A DNA stretch of 64,000 nucleotides from Alphaproteobacteria bacterium (lineage in GTDB: Bacteria > Pseudomonadota > Alphaproteobacteria > GCA-2731375), in contig CBDDBZ010000021.1 of assembly GCA_965225945.1 (NCBI GenBank), positions 1 through 64,000 of the forward strand, written 5' to 3'. Position numbers and translations under genes: made by a program. The notes below the pieces were generated by a model. The model searched no databases and was not told the origin of the DNA. It saw nothing but the letters and a program-made list of their open reading frames with translations. Positions 32,681-42,111 of the stretch are shown one piece after another. How positions within the stretch are numbered: the stretch's first letter is position 1; the number at the start of each line of letters is the position of its first letter.

Positions 32681-32811
32681 CGCGGCGCTGATCCTCTCCT
32701 TCTTCGCAGGCGCCGGGTAACTTGGCAATGCCCGCCGGCGATGCGCTATCCTGCTGGCGCGGTGGCGTCGCGCGCGGCGCTCCCGGCCCAAGACCGGAAA
32801 GGGAGAAAACA

Positions 32812-33552
32812 ATGGCGCGCTGGCCAGCCGTCGTGGCGCTCTGTCTCTTTGCCTTCCCCTGGGCCTTCCTCCCGCCCGCGCGGGCGGCGACGCCGGTGGA
32901 TCTCGCCATCGTGGTCTCGCTCGACCGCTCGGAATCGATCGACGCCGAGGACGCGCGCTCGCAGATCGAGGGCCTGCTCTACACGCTCCGTCACAGCCGC
33001 TTTCGCCACACCGTGGCCAGCGGACCGTTGGGGCGGATCGCGCTCGCCGTCGTCACCTGGTCGAGCTTCGGCCGCCACCAGGTGATTCTGCCCTGGACGC
33101 GGATCGCCGGCCCCGCCGACGCCGAGGCCGCCGCAATCGTGTTGGAACGGGATTTCGACCGCCAGCGCGTCGCCCGCCACGGCAGCCAGACCGACATCGC
33201 CTTCGCCATCGAGGTCGCCAGATTGCAGCTCGACGTGTTGCCCTGGCAGGCGCATGAACGGGTGATCAACGTGGTCGCCGACGGCATTTCCAACATCGGC
33301 CGGGTCGCCCGGGTCGACCGCGACGCCGCCGTGGCCCAGGGCATCACGGTGAACGGCCTGATCATGGGCCAAGGCTCGGCGATCGAGGTGCTGAGCCGGT
33401 AATTCAACCGCGAGGTGATCGGCGGCCCCACCGCCTTCCTCCAGTCCAGCACCACGCCGCCGGAGTTCGCGAGAGCGATGCTGCGCAAGATGATCCTGGA
33501 GATGGTCCTCTTGCGCGCGCCCCGGATGCGGGCCGAGAGGGTGGCGGGTTAG
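32812..33552 (+). pseudogene. DUF1194 (vWA-like) exported protein with premature stop
   Basis: VDLAIVVSLDRSES, VVADGISN, ITVNGL; TAA at 33400-33402, then FNREVIGGPTAF...FARAMLRKM continues in frame to TAG 33552. Confidence 0.82.
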
Positions 33553-33718
33553 CTCGCCTTGCGGTCGCCCGGGATGGACCGGCTCGGTGCGGATGGCGAG
33601 AGTTTCGACAATGGCGAGCGAGCGGAGCCAAGCCCAGCGCTCCAGCCGGCGTCGATCGCGCGCGCCGTGCTCGACGATCGGCGGGGTGTTTCTCGTTCAA
33701 GCGGTTCGAGGGAATGCG

Positions 33719-33994
33719 TTATGGACGCCGTTGCGCACCATGAACGACCGAGATGATATCGACGAACGCCTCATCCTGTCGGTAAACGACGACGTAGGGC
33801 AGGCTTGGGACAACGAGCTCTCGTGTGCCTGCGACGACACCGCGCCGTCCGGAAGATGGAAACAGGCTCAAGCGCTCGACGGCCTTCTCGATGCGTCCGA
33901 TGACCGCGCTTGCGGCCGCTGGATTGTCTTGTGCGATGTGGGCATTAATGTGTGCGAGATCGGCGCAGGCCTCGAGCCGGAGCCGTATCTTCAT
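33719..33994 (-). CDS. ParE/RelE-family toxin
   Basis: ACADLAHI..HIAQDNPAAA...FPSSGRRG..GTRELV...PYVVVY...VVHGAQ. Confidence 0.88.
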   Translation of the reverse strand: MKIRLRLEACADLAHINAHIAQDNPAAASAVIGRIEKAVERLSLFPSSGRRGVVAGTRELVVPSLPYVVVYRQDEAFVDIISVVHGAQRRP

Positions 33995-34212
33995 ACGCTG
34001 CGTTTCTTGAACAGGGCTGCTACCTCTTCATCACTCGCGTAGCGCGCCGGCGCCTCGAGCCGACGTGCCACCTCTGCCAGTTGTTCCGCTGTCAACTGGA
34101 CACTGTCGGGGTCGTGCGTGACCAGGCTGAGCAGAATTTCGGCGGCCTCATTCTGCCGCTGCTCCGGTAGCTTGCGAATCTCCGCGATCGCTTGTTCAAG
34201 CAGTTTCGTCAC
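33991..34212 (-). CDS. putative antitoxin
   Basis: 73 aa, MTKLLEQAIAEIRKLPEQRQNEAA...ASDEEV; 4-nt overlap with the toxin gene. Confidence 0.8.
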   Translation of the reverse strand: MTKLLEQAIAEIRKLPEQRQNEAAEILLSLVTHDPDSVQLTAEQLAEVARRLEAPARYASDEEVAALFKKRSV

Positions 34213-34249
34213 GATGGCCTCATTCTACCACATCCCGCCGATCCGGCCA

Positions 34250-34440
34250 GCGACCGCAACATCTACGGCCTCCGTCGTTGACAGACTTGGCAAATGACCT
34301 GAAGAATGGCACACCCGTGCGCCAGTTCATGACGCAAGAGATACGAACCGTCCCGGCTTACATTGACTTGAGCATGTGACGTGAGCGTGGCCGCGCGGCT
34401 CTACGAGAAAAACATCACCGTCCTTGACCATGAGGGCCAG
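34250..34440 (+). pseudogene. possible CBS-domain relic
   Basis: Fragments SDRNI...TPVRQFMTQEIRTVP...VAARLYEKNI across frames with stops. Confidence 0.35.
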
Positions 34441-34816
34441 CGCACCACGTCCGATTGCGGCCTAACACGCCGAACCGCTCAGACAGAGCACGCTTCGAGC
34501 CCTATTCACGGGAACGCGGCACTTCTTGCCATTTGGCAGGATATCCCTGAAAACCGTCAAACCAATGCCCCACCCGACAGAGCCATACACACTCGGCGAG
34601 CACAGACGGAAGCAGCCCCATGAGCTTGGGCTGATGCAGGAGTTCGCCGCCCTCTCGAATGTGGTCGCTTGGACCCTGACCAACCGGGAGAAAGGCCGAA
34701 CCCACCCTCCGATGCGCCAGCTCCCCAGGATCATCGATCGAGATCGCCCGCCAGCTCGTCGATATGATCCTGCTGGGGCTCGCACCCCGGGAGGGCCCGC
34801 CGTCGGGTCGATCGGC

Positions 34817-35575
34817 GTGACCAAGGCAAGGCCCGGGAGCATCGCAAGGCGTGCGATCATGGCGGTTCTCCTCGTCCCGCTCCTCGCCGCCACGGCGAGC
34901 CAAGCGCGGGATGGCTTCGAGGCGGCCCGGCGCGAGATGGTGCGGGTGATCGAACGGCACGCCTTCCAGGCCGCCGAGGCGGTGCCGGGGCGCAAGCTGG
35001 AAGCGCCGGTGCTGGAGGCGATGCGCCGGGTGCCGCGGCACGAGTTCGTGCCCGCGAGCCTGGCCGGCCGGGCCCATGACGACCGGCCGCTGCCGATCGG
35101 CCACGGCCAGACCATCTCGCAGCCCTTCATCGTCGCCCTGATGACCGATCTCGCCGGCGTGCGGGCCGGCGACGTGGTGCTGGAGATCGGCACCGGCTCC
35201 GGCTATCAGGCCGCCGTGCTGGCCGAGGTCGGCGCCGAGGTCTACTCGATCGAGATCATCGAGGCGTTGGCGACGGTGGTGCGCGAGCGCCTCGAGCGGA
35301 TCGGCTATGGCCGGATCGAGACCCGGCTCGGCGACGGCTATTACGGTTGGAAAGAGGCGGCGCCGTTCGATGCCATCGTGGTGACCGCGGCGGCGAGCCA
35401 TGTGCCGCCGCCCCTGGTCCAGCAGCTGAAGCCCGGCGGCCGCATGGTGATACCCGTCGGCGGCGGCGGTTATTCCTTCCAGTACTTGGTCCTGATCGAG
35501 AAGGACGCGGACGGCCGGGTAACCTCGCGCCAGCTCCTGCCGGTGCGCTTCGTGCCTCTGACCGGCGGCCATTGA
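34817..35575 (+). CDS. pcm: protein-L-isoaspartate O-methyltransferase with signal-peptide-like N-terminus
   Basis: VPRHEFVP, GQTISQPFIV, VLEIGTGSGYQAA, APFDAIVVTAA; start GTG 34817 or ATG 34859. Confidence 0.9.
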   Translation: MTKARPGSIARRAIMAVLLVPLLAATASQARDGFEAARREMVRVIERHAFQAAEAVPGRKLEAPVLEAMRRVPRHEFVPASLAGRAHDDRPLPIGHGQTISQPFIVALMTDLAGVRAGDVVLEIGTGSGYQAAVLAEVGAEVYSIEIIEALATVVRERLERIGYGRIETRLGDGYYGWKEAAPFDAIVVTAAASHVPPPLVQQLKPGGRMVIPVGGGGYSFQYLVLIEKDADGRVTSRQLLPVRFVPLTGGH

Positions 35576-36482
35576 GGCGGACGTGCGGCTCTGGGCGGTA
35601 GCGCTGCTCTCGGCTGGGGCGCTGTCGTACGAGGTGCTGCTGATCCGGCTCCTGGCGATCGCCCAGTGGCACCACTTCGCCTACATGGTGATCAGCCTTG
35701 CGCTCTTGGGCTATGGCGCCAGCGGCAGCTTCCTGGCGCTGTTTTCCGACCGCCTCCGAGCCCGGGCCGAGAGCGCCTTCGCCGCCCTGGCGATCGCCTT
35801 CGCGCTCGCTGCCGTCGCCGGCGTCGAGGTGGCGACGCGACTGCCTTTCAACGCCTTGGCGATCTTTTGGGAGCCGCTGCAGCTGCTGTGGCTGGCGCTG
35901 CTGTACCTCGTCTTCGCCGTGCCCTTCTTCTTCGCCGCCCTGGCCATCGGCCTGGCGCTGGCGGCCTTCCCCGAACCGGTCGGGCGAATCTACCGCCATG
36001 ACCTGCTCGGCGCCGGAGCCGGGGCCGTCGCGATCATCCTGGCGCTCTTCCTCTTGGCCCCGAAAGCGGCCCTGGTGGCGAGCGCCGGCTTGGCGCTGCT
36101 CGCGGCGCTGCTGGTCGGCGGCGCCAGGGGAGCGCGGCGTCTTCGACGCATCGCCATGGTCGCGCTCGCCGTCGTCGCCGTTTTGCCGGCGGCCTTCACG
36201 CCGCTGCCGATCTCGCCCTACAAGGGCCTGTACCAAATGTTGCTCCGGCCGGAGGCGCGCGTCGTCAGGGAATTGTCGGGTCCCTTGGCGCAGTTGACCG
36301 TCGTCGAGAGCTCGGTCGTGCCATTGCGCCACGCGCCGGGGCTGAGCCTGATGTCGCCCGCGGTGCCGCCGGAGCAGCTGGCGCTGTTCGGCGACGGCGG
36401 CGAGTTGAGCGCCATCAGCCGCTTCGACGGCCGGCTCGAGCCGCTCGCCTATCTCGATGCCGGCACCCAGGCGCTGCCCTAT

Positions 36483-37943
36483 CAGCCCGTTGATTAAGTG
36501 GCTTTTTCCGGCTCTCACTCCCAGATGAGGAATGCGGCGGCGAAAACCGTCTGGCCGCTTTGCGAGACCCCCAGTGCGACCAGCATGGCCCCGGTGGGCG
36601 TGAGCAGCACGAAAATACCGCCATATCCGCCCGCCACGGCCTCGCGCGGGGTGCCGGCGCCGATGAGTTGGCGCATCAGCAACGATAGGTTGTGGCCGGC
36701 GACGTGGAGCAGGTATCGCTTGTGCACGTTCTCGCGGCCCCGAAGCCAGGTCCGGCGCATGCCGCCGCGATCGAGGTTGTGGGCGAAGGAGCGCTCGACG
36801 ATCTCGGCGCGCAGCTTGAAGGCTTCCTTGGCCACCCCCGATAACAGCCGGGTCCGGTTGTTGGTGACCGCGCGCCGCGCCGCCTCGTCGCCGCGCCAGC
36901 GCGCGAAGCCCTTCTGCTTGGGCTCGGCGATCCGGGTCTTCCACGGGCCGTTGTCCAAGGCCTTCAAGACCGCCCGTGAGTGATAGCCTTTGTCGGTCAC
37001 ACATTCGGCCGGGTCCTCTGCCGTCGGCGCCGCGTCAACGCTCGCAAGGTTCTCCTTGGCCGTCTCCAACGTTTTGGGAAGCGTCGTCGTGTCGCCCTCG
37101 TCGGCCGGGTGCAGCTCGGCGGCCACCACCGCGCCGGTGTCCAGATCCACCGCGTGCTCGGGCTTGTAGGCCAGATGCGTCGTGCCGTCCTTCATCTTGG
37201 CGATCTTGGCCTCGGGATCGCTCTTCGAAACCCAGTCCTCGTTGGAAAGCTTCTTGCCCTTGCGCTTGCGGTCCAGACGCGCCAAGTCCTCGGCCGTGGG
37301 CGTCTCGATGCCGCTCTCCCGGGCCAGGTGCTCCAGCATCTCCCGGTAGCCTTCACCCGTGTCGCGCCGCACGATGTTGCGCAGCGCCGCGTTGGCCTCC
37401 ATGGTCGAGGCATCCACCCCGATGCGCTCGCCCTTCACCAGACCCGCCTCGCCGATCAAGGCCAGAACCCAGTCGAAGACCGCCGCGTGGACTTCATGGG
37501 GCAGGCGCGCGCGGGTCCGTGACAGCCAGGAATGGTCCGGCACCCGTTCCCGCATCTCCAACAGCAGGAACTCCCGTAGCGACAGGGAATCCGAGCAGCG
37601 CCACTCCAGCCCACGCTCAGAGTCGATACCCTCGAAGTAGCCCACCAGGTGCATACGGAAGTAGCGCCCGGGTGGCACCGAAGGCGCCCCCATCCTGGCC
37701 GCGTAATAGGGCTGGCAGACCGCCTCGGCGAAGCCGTCGAAGCCGCCCTCGATCAGCACCGACTGCAGGCGGTCGTAAAACACATGACCCGGCGAGCGCG
37801 GCATCTCCGCCCAGCCCACCATCAAGTCCCCCTGAGGATCCTTCTGCTGTCCCATCGCCATCGGCGAATCCTCCGGTCAAATCAGAACATCAAAGAATCA
37901 GACCAAGCCGCTTGCGTCCAGTGCCGACTTCGTCAACGGGCTG
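36483..37943 (-). mobile_element. IS1182-like insertion sequence (1461 bp)
   Basis: TIRs cagcccgttga(tt/cg)aagt at both ends; 4-bp TSD ctat (36479-36482; 37944-37947). Confidence 0.9.
36515..37861 (-). CDS. IS1182/IS5-group DDE transposase
   Basis: DUF772-like N-terminus (GAPSVPP...SERGLEW...PDHS), VDASTMEANA, TDKGY, VERSFAH. Confidence 0.9.
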   Translation of the reverse strand: MAMGQQKDPQGDLMVGWAEMPRSPGHVFYDRLQSVLIEGGFDGFAEAVCQPYYAARMGAPSVPPGRYFRMHLVGYFEGIDSERGLEWRCSDSLSLREFLLLEMRERVPDHSWLSRTRARLPHEVHAAVFDWVLALIGEAGLVKGERIGVDASTMEANAALRNIVRRDTGEGYREMLEHLARESGIETPTAEDLARLDRKRKGKKLSNEDWVSKSDPEAKIAKMKDGTTHLAYKPEHAVDLDTGAVVAAELHPADEGDTTTLPKTLETAKENLASVDAAPTAEDPAECVTDKGYHSRAVLKALDNGPWKTRIAEPKQKGFARWRGDEAARRAVTNNRTRLLSGVAKEAFKLRAEIVERSFAHNLDRGGMRRTWLRGRENVHKRYLLHVAGHNLSLLMRQLIGAGTPREAVAGGYGGIFVLLTPTGAMLVALGVSQSGQTVFAAAFLIWE

Positions 37944-39811
37944 CTATCACCTGCTTCGACGCCCGCGCGTCCTGGTGCTGGGCCTGGGCGGTGGCGCGGA
38001 GGTCCTGCGGGCGCTCTATCACCATGCCCGCCGCATCGACGTGGTCGAGCTGGATTCGAACCGTCTGCGCCTGCTTCGCGAGAGCGGCGCCGACTTCGCC
38101 GGCCGGCTGCTGGAGCGATCCGAGGTCGCGGTGCACGTGGCGGAGCCGCGCGCCTTCGTCGCCCACGATCGGCGCCAGCATGATCTGATCGTCGTGCCGC
38201 CGATCGCGGGTGGCGCCGCCGCCAGGGGGCACGGCCTGGGCGAAAGCTACCTGCACACCGAGGAGGCCTTCGCCGGCTATCTCGACCTGTTGGCTCCGGG
38301 CGGCCTGATCGTCGTCAGCGGGCCCCTGAAGCTGCCGCCCCGCGATGCCCTGAAGCTGGTTGCCACCGCGCGCACAGTGCTGGCGCGGCGCGCCATCGCG
38401 CGCCCCGACCGCCGGCTGGCGCTGATCCGCGGCTGGGGCACGACAACGATGCTGGTCAAGCGGGGCGAATTCGGTGCCGAGGACATCGCTCGCCTCAAGA
38501 GCTTCACGGACGCGCGCGGCTTCGACCTCGCCCATTACCCGGGCATGCGGCGGAGCGAGGCCAACCGTGTCAACCGCTTGAGCGCGCCGGTGCTCCATGA
38601 CGGCGCCGCCGCGCTGCTGGGCGACGCGGCACTGGCGGACCGCTTCCTCGCCACCTATCCCTACAACCTGACCCCGGCGCGCGACGATCGGCCCTACGCC
38701 GCCGACTTTTTCGCCTGGCGCGGGCTGGCCGAAGTCTGGCGCATCAGCCGCGCGGGCGGCGCCGTGGTGCTCGACTGGGGACACCTGATCGTGGTGGTGA
38801 CCCTGGCCCAGGCAGTGTTGTTCAGCGCCGCCTTGATTCTGTTGCCTCTGGAGCGCAAGCGCGAGCTCAAAGCCGGTCTCGCCGGGGCAGGGCGGCTCAC
38901 GCTCTATTTCGCCTTGATTGGCGCCGCCTTCCTGCTGATCGAGATTGCCACCATCCAGCGTTTCGTCCTCGTTCTCGGCCATCCCCTCTATGCGGTCGCC
39001 GTGGTCCTGGCGACTTTTCTGGTCGCGGCCGGCATCGGCGCCGGCCTGGCGCCGCGCCTCGATGCCTGGTCCCTGGGACGCCGGTTCGCCGCGCTCGACG
39101 GCGCGGTGGTATCGATCGCGATGATGGCCGGTCTGCATACCGCGTTATTGCCTGTCTTGGCCGTTAGCCTCGGCGCGCTCCCGCCGGCGCTCGAGCTCGC
39201 TGCCGCGGTGCTCGCCATCGCGCCCTTGGGCCTCGTCATGGGGCTGCCGTTCCCGCTCGTGTTGGCCCGCGTGCGGCGATCGAAGCCCGCATTCCTGCCT
39301 TGGGCCTGGGGCGTCAACGGCTTCGCCTCGGTCGTCAGCGCCGTGGGGGCGCAGCTCCTGGCCATGACGCTGGGCTTCCATTGGGTGATGGCGATGGCGG
39401 TGTGCTGCTACGCGCTCGCGGCGTGGGCCGGACGGCGCATCATGAGCGATGCCGGCGGGCAAGACTAATCGAGCGGGGCCTCGGTCTCGCTGATCTCCGT
39501 GCCGAAATCCGACCGTCGGATCACCCGGCGAATCTGCCCGGGACTTACCGAAACACGATACGTGAAGCCAAATCGGAAAAGGCCGGTCAACGACAGCCGC
39601 TGTTACACCAGGTCCTGGGGCACACTCCCGGGTCAAGCCCGATAGGGGAACGTCGTCCTCGCTAGTGGCTTGACTTTAACGCCTGTTTTCACCAAGAATG
39701 AGTGCCGTGACAGTTGATATGTCGATTCCGCGGTTGTCGAGAATCAGGTGGACCTCGCGAATAGCCACGGCCTTGCGATTGAACACCGAAATTGAATGGG
39801 AAGCAGTAGTG

Positions 39812-39919
39812 ATGGCAGAAGATTATCAACTAAAGCACGTAGGAACCGTAGCGGGGATCATTGCGGCTGTTGTATTAGTGTTAGGATTAGGGGGACTTCT
39901 TCTTACTCTTATGACTTAG
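39812..39919 (+). CDS. putative small single-TM protein (35 aa)
   Basis: MAEDYQLKHVGTVAGIIAAVVLVLGLGGLLLTLMT. Confidence 0.4.
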   Translation: MAEDYQLKHVGTVAGIIAAVVLVLGLGGLLLTLMT

Positions 39920-40067
39920 TAAGGCGTGATCAGCGCCTCATATTTTTCGGTGTTGCAACATGAGAAAGCGCGTGTTTTCTAGCCGTACAATATCAAGTGC
40001 CATAAGCGGGAGCGTAAAGCGACACGGGAATTAAAAGAAAACGACTTAAGTAGAACAGGCGGGTCTA

Positions 40068-40157
40068 ATGCTTTGGGTTGGATTGATAGGGGGATTGCTC
40101 GTAAGCGTACTCGTCATGTTCGGTATATGGTTGTTGATTCGACACTTGGATGAATGA
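40068..40157 (+). CDS. putative small single-TM protein (29 aa)
   Basis: Manual translation MLWVGLIGGLLVSVLVMFGIWLLIRHLDE. Confidence 0.3.
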   Translation: MLWVGLIGGLLVSVLVMFGIWLLIRHLDE

Positions 40158-40348
40158 ATATTTCCGGACGTCGTGGTCGATGTCTCCCATGCCCATGATG
40201 CAAAGACCCCGTCGTCGAGGATCGAGACGGAAATTTTTTGCGCGTTACGCCGGATCGTCGCCTCGGGCCGTGGGAGTTCCGAAGTTTCGAACCGGCATTT
40301 AAACGCTTAGTAACGCCCCACGGCGGTCAGGCGGATGCGCCAACCTCA

Positions 40349-40696
40349 CTATTCCCCCACCTTGAAGAATGTGAGTCGTGTTAGGATGGTGTAGTCTGAT
40401 TCCATCGTCATGAGGGCAACGAACACCATCACCAACACCGGCGGGATCGCAATGGCATAAACCAGGGCCAGCCGTTCCCAGCGCATGTGCATGAAGACGG
40501 CGACGATCAACCCTGCCTTGATCATCATGAACAGGAGGATCAGAGACCATCTCAGGTAACCCTGGAGGTGAAAGTAGTCGACAAGATAGGAAAATAAGCT
40601 GAAAACAAACAGCAACGCCCAGATCTTGAGATAAATGCCAATCGGATGTTGTTGCCCTTCTACGTGGGCATCTTGTTGCGCTTCTTCGTGTGCCAT
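40349..40696 (-). CDS. cytochrome c oxidase subunit IV family protein
   Basis: QHPIGIYLKIW...KAGLIVAVFMHMRWE. Confidence 0.85.
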   Translation of the reverse strand: MAHEEAQQDAHVEGQQHPIGIYLKIWALLFVFSLFSYLVDYFHLQGYLRWSLILLFMMIKAGLIVAVFMHMRWERLALVYAIAIPPVLVMVFVALMTMESDYTILTRLTFFKVGE

Positions 40697-40707
40697 GTTT
40701 TTCCCTC

Positions 40708-41433
40708 TTACCAAAGGTAGAATACCGCAAAGATAAACACCCAAACCAGATCGACGAAATGCCAATAGAGACCCATGATTTCGACGGCCACGTAGTCTCC
40801 TTTTCTGCTCGTAAAAAAGCCTGGCGTATTGCGGTCATAGTCGCCCCGCCAAACTTTTCGAGCAATGATAATCAGGAAGATCACGCCGATCGACACGTGC
40901 GTACCATGGAATCCCGTAATCATGAAAAACGTCGAGCCAAACTGAGCCGCGCCCATGGGGTTGCCCCAGGGACGGACACCTTCATCCACGATCAGCTTGG
41001 TCCACTCGAAGGCTTGCATTCCGACGAATGCGGCGCCAAAGGCCGCGGTCGCCAGAATCAGAACAGCACTTTTTACGCGATCGTGTCGATAGCCGAAGTT
41101 GACGGCCATGGCCATCGTCCCGCTACTGCTGATCAAAATGAAGGTCATGATGGCGATCAGAATGAGTGGGATGGGTTCGCCGCCGAGACTCAGGGCGAAG
41201 ACCTCGCTGGGGTAGGGCCAATCCACCGTGGTCGACGATCTGACGGTCATATAGGAGAGCAGGAAACAGCTGAATATGAAGGTGTCGCTGAGCAGGAAGA
41301 TCCACATCATCGCCTTGCCCCAGTGGACATTCTTGAATGCCCGCTGGTCCGACGACCAGTCGGCGACGACGCCTTCCAGGCCACCCGGCGGCGTGAGGGA
41401 TTGTTCCGTGTCGCTCACCGTCGTTTGTGCCAC
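40708..41433 (-). CDS. coxP: heme-copper oxidase subunit III-like (CoxP type)
   Basis: MMWIFLLSD, ITGFHGTHV, GLYWHFVDLVW. Confidence 0.85.
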   Translation of the reverse strand: MAQTTVSDTEQSLTPPGGLEGVVADWSSDQRAFKNVHWGKAMMWIFLLSDTFIFSCFLLSYMTVRSSTTVDWPYPSEVFALSLGGEPIPLILIAIMTFILISSSGTMAMAVNFGYRHDRVKSAVLILATAAFGAAFVGMQAFEWTKLIVDEGVRPWGNPMGAAQFGSTFFMITGFHGTHVSIGVIFLIIIARKVWRGDYDRNTPGFFTSRKGDYVAVEIMGLYWHFVDLVWVFIFAVFYLW

Positions 41434-41449
41434 GAGCTCATCCACCTCT

Positions 41450-42064
41450 TTACGTAAACAACAGCAAACCAAACATTACCAGCCAGACCAAGAGCAGAAA
41501 GTGCCAATAAACGGCACATAATTCGATGCTCAAGCGCACCTGGTCCGCCTGGAGACCGCGCCGCACCTTGTCGCTGGTCCTGGCCCAGGCCACCAGGCCG
41601 CCCAGCAGGTGCACCCCGTGTAGCGCGGTGATCAGGTAGAAGAAGGCGTTGGCCGGGTTCGACGCGGCATAATAGCCCAACGCCACCAGTTCTCGCCACG
41701 TCCAAAGCTGCCCGGCCAGGAAGATAAAGGCGAAAACGCCGCCGACGAGCAGCCCGACCCTGACGCCGTCGATCCGTCCGCGCCGCGCCGCAACCCGTGC
41801 CCATTGCAACGCGATACTACTCAGGACCAGCATGGCCGTGTTGGGCCACAACAGCCACGGTTCGGGCAAGGGGCGCCAATCCCCGAGCGCCATCCGATCG
41901 GCATAGACGATCACCAGAAGCGAAAACACGACCGTGGCCACGGCGAGAAACACCCGCAGTCCGAGCGTCTCCGTGGGCAGGGAAAACAGCGCTCCACCAT
42001 GAAGGGGAACCACCGTGCTCTGCGTCTCCCATGGTTTTTCAGTCAGCTGACGGAATAAATTCAC
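41450..42064 (-). CDS. coxO: heme-copper oxidase subunit III-like (CoxO type)
   Basis: FFYLITALHGVH, YWHFLLLVW. Confidence 0.82.
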   Translation of the reverse strand: MNLFRQLTEKPWETQSTVVPLHGGALFSLPTETLGLRVFLAVATVVFSLLVIVYADRMALGDWRPLPEPWLLWPNTAMLVLSSIALQWARVAARRGRIDGVRVGLLVGGVFAFIFLAGQLWTWRELVALGYYAASNPANAFFYLITALHGVHLLGGLVAWARTSDKVRRGLQADQVRLSIELCAVYWHFLLLVWLVMFGLLLFT

Positions 42065-42111
42065 CGATAGGTTCCTATAAGCGCCGCACGTGATCGAGCG
42101 ATTTTTCGACC

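Larger units (their letters stand above)
35583..39468 (+). pseudogene. multi-TM spermidine-synthase-like SAM-domain protein, interrupted by IS
   Basis: TM N-terminus, RVLVLGLGGG..VVELD domain, DDRPY, TM C-terminus WAWGVNG. Removing the IS restores ALPYHLLRRPRVLVLG. Confidence 0.88.

Noticed and set aside
17278-33402. Stop-codon recoding to explain the in-frame stops in cheA and DUF1194
   Set aside because: Both are TAA, which also terminates normal genes here, and no Sec/Pyl context exists.
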